Positions 29,661-32,000 of a stretch of DNA of 32,000 nucleotides are shown piece after piece. Position numbers and translations under genes: made by a program. The notes beneath the pieces were generated by a model. The model had not been told where the DNA came from and did no database searches. It saw only the letters and a program-made list of their open reading frames with translations. Numbering within the stretch: position 1 is the stretch's first letter; the number at the start of each line of letters is the position of its first letter. Source of the stretch: Xylanibacter ruminicola 23 (lineage in GTDB: Bacteria; Bacteroidota; Bacteroidia; Bacteroidales; Bacteroidaceae); the NCBI RefSeq assembly GCF_000025925.1, contig NC_014033.1, positions 810,001 through 842,000 on the forward strand. Direction: 5' to 3'.

Positions 29661-30776
29661 TTAAAGTTCGTTTTCCTTCATGCGCTCAGCATTCTCAGCT
29701 ACGGTCAGCGCATCAATCATGGCCTGAATATCGCCACCCAGGAAACCCTGCAGATCGTGTGTGGTATAGCCGATGCGGTGATCGGTTACACGACCCTGTG
29801 GGAAGTTGTAGGTGCGGATCTTAGCCGAACGGTCGCCGGTAGAAACCAGACTCTTACGACGGTTAGCGATATCGTCCACGTACTTCTGGTGCTCCTTATC
29901 ATAAATAAAGGTGTACAAACGAGAGAGTGCGCGCTCCTTGTTCTTAGGCTGGTCGCGGGTCTCGGTACACTCAATCAGGATCTCCTCGGTCTCGCCAGTG
30001 TTAGGGTTCTTCCACATGTAACGCAAGCGTACACCCGATTCAACCTTGTTCACGTTCTGACCACCGGCACCACTCGAACGGAAGGTATCCCACTTGATCT
30101 CACCCTCGTTCACGTGTACCTCAAACTTGTCGGCCTCGGGCAGCACGGCTACTGTGGCAGCACTGGTCTGCATACGTCCGTTGCTCTCGGTCACTGGCAC
30201 ACGCTGCACGCGGTGTACACCACTCTCGTACTTCAGTGTACCGTAAACGTCGGCACCTGTTACCGAGAAGTCAACCTCCTTAAATCCGCCCACGGCACCT
30301 TCAGATACGTAGGTAATCGATACCTGCCAGCCCTTCGACTCGCAGTAGTTCTTGTACATCTTAAACAGGTCGCCAGCAAACAGGGCAGCCTCGTCGCCAC
30401 CTGTTCCTGCACGTATCTCCATTTCTACGTTCTTGGCATCTTCTGGGTCTTTCGGTATCAGTGCAATCTTAATTTCCTCCTCCAGCTGTGGCTGTAACTC
30501 CTCGTTTATAGCCAGCTCCTCGCGTGCCATCTCCTTCATCTCAGGGTCGGTCTCGTTAGCCAGAATGTCCTTAGCCTCCTTAATACCGTTCAAGCACGCA
30601 ATATAACGTTTGCGGGCGTCCATAATATCGCCCAGGTCCTTGTATTCCTTAGTCAGTTTAACGAATCTCTGCTGGTCGGCAATCACGGCGGGGTCGGTAA
30701 TCAGGGTCGAAACCTCCTCGAATCGTGCCTCCAGTCCATCTAATTTTTGAAGAATGCTGTTACTTGTTTCTGCCAT
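29661..30776 (-). CDS. prfA: Peptide chain release factor 1
   Basis: 371 aa. It has the GGQ motif (SGAGGQNVNKVES) and an RF1-type PVT tripeptide in RVPVTES. Confidence 0.96.
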   Translation of the reverse strand: MAETSNSILQKLDGLEARFEEVSTLITDPAVIADQQRFVKLTKEYKDLGDIMDARKRYIACLNGIKEAKDILANETDPEMKEMAREELAINEELQPQLEEEIKIALIPKDPEDAKNVEMEIRAGTGGDEAALFAGDLFKMYKNYCESKGWQVSITYVSEGAVGGFKEVDFSVTGADVYGTLKYESGVHRVQRVPVTESNGRMQTSAATVAVLPEADKFEVHVNEGEIKWDTFRSSGAGGQNVNKVESGVRLRYMWKNPNTGETEEILIECTETRDQPKNKERALSRLYTFIYDKEHQKYVDDIANRRKSLVSTGDRSAKIRTYNFPQGRVTDHRIGYTTHDLQGFLGGDIQAMIDALTVAENAERMKENEL

Positions 30777-30803
30777 CTTATTTATATATATTATATTTGG
30801 GCG

Positions 30804-30812
30804 GCAAAGTTA
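30804..30812 (-). promoter_or_regulatory. Bacteroidota-type -7 box TAACTTTGC for prfA
   Basis: The reverse complement of 30804-30812 is TAACTTTGC, 28 nt upstream of the prfA ATG. Confidence 0.5.
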
Positions 30813-30876
30813 CAAAAAAATGCGAAGATTTCAAAATATTTTTGGGTTTTAATGTTGTTTTTCTGTTTTTTATCGC

Positions 30877-30884
30877 TATCTTTG
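30877..30884 (+). promoter_or_regulatory. Bacteroidota-type -7 box TATCTTTG for the downstream lipoprotein gene
   Basis: TAnnTTTG match 22 nt upstream of the ATG at 30906. A second match (TATATTTG, 30792-30799) lies further upstream. Confidence 0.4.
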
Positions 30885-30905
30885 TGCCCAAAAATGTACC
30901 AACAT

Positions 30906-32000
30906 ATGTCATTACTTAAAAAAACTTTTCAGTTTTCATGGATAGGCCTAGTAGCAACCGTGATGCTTCTCTCATCGTGTGACAATGCTCAGCAGAGTCA
31001 TGATTTGGAATTCGATCGTGTGCATAACATCATGCGATATTCTGATTCCATCCCTCGTACCGTCGATAGTTTGATGGCGCTGGGTGAAATCAATCAGATG
31101 TGTGCCGACTTTTATAATATGTCGTATTACATGAGCCCGAATGTAAATCGTTCCAGTGCGATTGCTGATAGCGCCTTGATGCGTCCTGTCGTCACAGAAC
31201 AGGATCGCTTCTATCACTTCCTGATAGCAGCCAATAACTCAGAGCTGGAATACACGAGTCGCCACTACGAGTCGGGCTTGCGAAAGGCTCAGCAGTTGGT
31301 CAACAGTGTTGATACCAGTTTTATCAATCGCCACTATCTGCTGCAAACGGGCTATCTGTTGGCCTATAGCAATCTGGCACTTAGCTATATCCATCTGGAA
31401 CGTTCAGCCGAGGGTGAAAAGTACATGCAGCAGGTGATGAAGCTGATTGATCAGTTTGAAAAAACGTCTGTAAACGACTCTGTTGCACAGCATAATTGGG
31501 CGGCTAAACGTACGCAATTCGCCGTTGCCGCTATGATTTCTTATTGTAATATGCGCCAATGGGATGGGGCAGAGGCCTGGATGAATCGTGCCGAAAAATA
31601 TCTTCAGAATATGGCGGATAATCCTCGTGTCGATAAGTCGCATTACCCCATATTCTGCTATCAGGTTAGTTGTGTCAAATCCTTTATCCTCGAAAAGGCA
31701 GGCCATCATCAGGAGGCTGCTCAGGCCTATGACGATTTTATGAAGAATCCCTTGTCAAAATCAGTGGTTGCTCGTATCAATTCGGTTTCATATCTCAATA
31801 GTAGTCATCGCTATGAGGAGGCCGAGCGTAATATCAATGATGTTGAAACTGTGATGGGACAGTTGGGCATGAAGATGGATCTTGAGACACTTAACGGTAT
31901 TGTTAAGTTAAAGTTCGATGCCCATTTGGGTGCAGGTCATCGCGACTCTGCCCTTGCTGTAGCTACACGCATTCTTGACAGACTCGATTCGGCTGAGGTA
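30906..32000 (+). CDS. Lipoprotein with helical-repeat (TPR-like) region; 3' end lies outside the window. It may be the sensor part of a larger regulator.
   Basis: This ORF is not in the supplied track. I read 365 codons from the ATG at 30906 to the window edge without a stop. It begins MSLLKKTFQFSWIGLVATVMLLSSC (lipobox LSSC). The remainder is rich in helix-pair-like segments (for example AEAWMNRAEKYLQNM and HHQEAAQAYDDFMKN). Confidence 0.7.
   Translation, partial: MSLLKKTFQFSWIGLVATVMLLSSCDNAQQSHDLEFDRVHNIMRYSDSIPRTVDSLMALGEINQMCADFYNMSYYMSPNVNRSSAIADSALMRPVVTEQDRFYHFLIAANNSELEYTSRHYESGLRKAQQLVNSVDTSFINRHYLLQTGYLLAYSNLALSYIHLERSAEGEKYMQQVMKLIDQFEKTSVNDSVAQHNWAAKRTQFAVAAMISYCNMRQWDGAEAWMNRAEKYLQNMADNPRVDKSHYPIFCYQVSCVKSFILEKAGHHQEAAQAYDDFMKNPLSKSVVARINSVSYLNSSHRYEEAERNINDVETVMGQLGMKMDLETLNGIVKLKFDAHLGAGHRDSALAVATRILDRLDSAEV

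Noticed and set aside
11301-29665. The heptamer arrays and other short repeats as a degenerate CRISPR array or MITE copies.
   Set aside because: The units are 7 nt with no spacers, the arrays are 21-35 nt long, and they have no flanking inverted repeats or target-site duplications. They are micro-tandem repeats confined to operon spacers.

Overview
This window looks like core chromosome from a Bacteroidota genome, probably Prevotella/Segatella-like. The taxon is my inference from three signals: an LpxC-FabZ fusion, A/T-rich leaders without Shine-Dalgarno sequences, and recurring TAnnTTTG(C) -7 promoter boxes. I support 25 protein genes, almost all housekeeping.

Plus strand: a 5'-partial 2-hydroxyacid dehydrogenase, ettA, two secreted GH2 glycosidases (the second LacZ-type), a uracil permease, and a 3'-partial lipoprotein at 30906-32000 that the ORF track does not list.

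Minus strand: a Dabb protein and three tightly packed gene strings.
- serS, an NfnAB-like fusion, ttcA-like, a PD40/coiled-coil protein, a nucleoside phosphorylase and mnmE.
- rplU and rpmA.
- prfA, pyrF, an HD dNTPase-like gene, lpxD, lpxC/fabZ, lpxA, miaA, a PBP1A gene and a Pif1-like helicase.

I found no integrase or transposase, no CRISPR array, no tRNA or rRNA, and no recognisable defence island, so by gene content this is an ordinary region.

The unexplained signal is non-coding.
1. Two large intergenic regions (8126-8618 and 18644-19045) each carry an orphan minus-strand promoter box and a minus-strand intrinsic terminator with no ORF between them.
2. Those two loci share a roughly 51-55 nt collinear core in opposite orientation, so the two predicted RNAs would be mutually complementary.
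3. The first locus has a 141-nt tract with a single G on the plus strand.
4. Four short intercistronic spacers carry tandem heptamers of one family, NGTT(T/C)AA.
5. A tandem TGTG-N6-CACA operator-like repeat sits upstream of the uracil permease.

All RNA and regulatory calls are sequence-pattern inferences made by eye, with no folding, homology search or expression data behind them.
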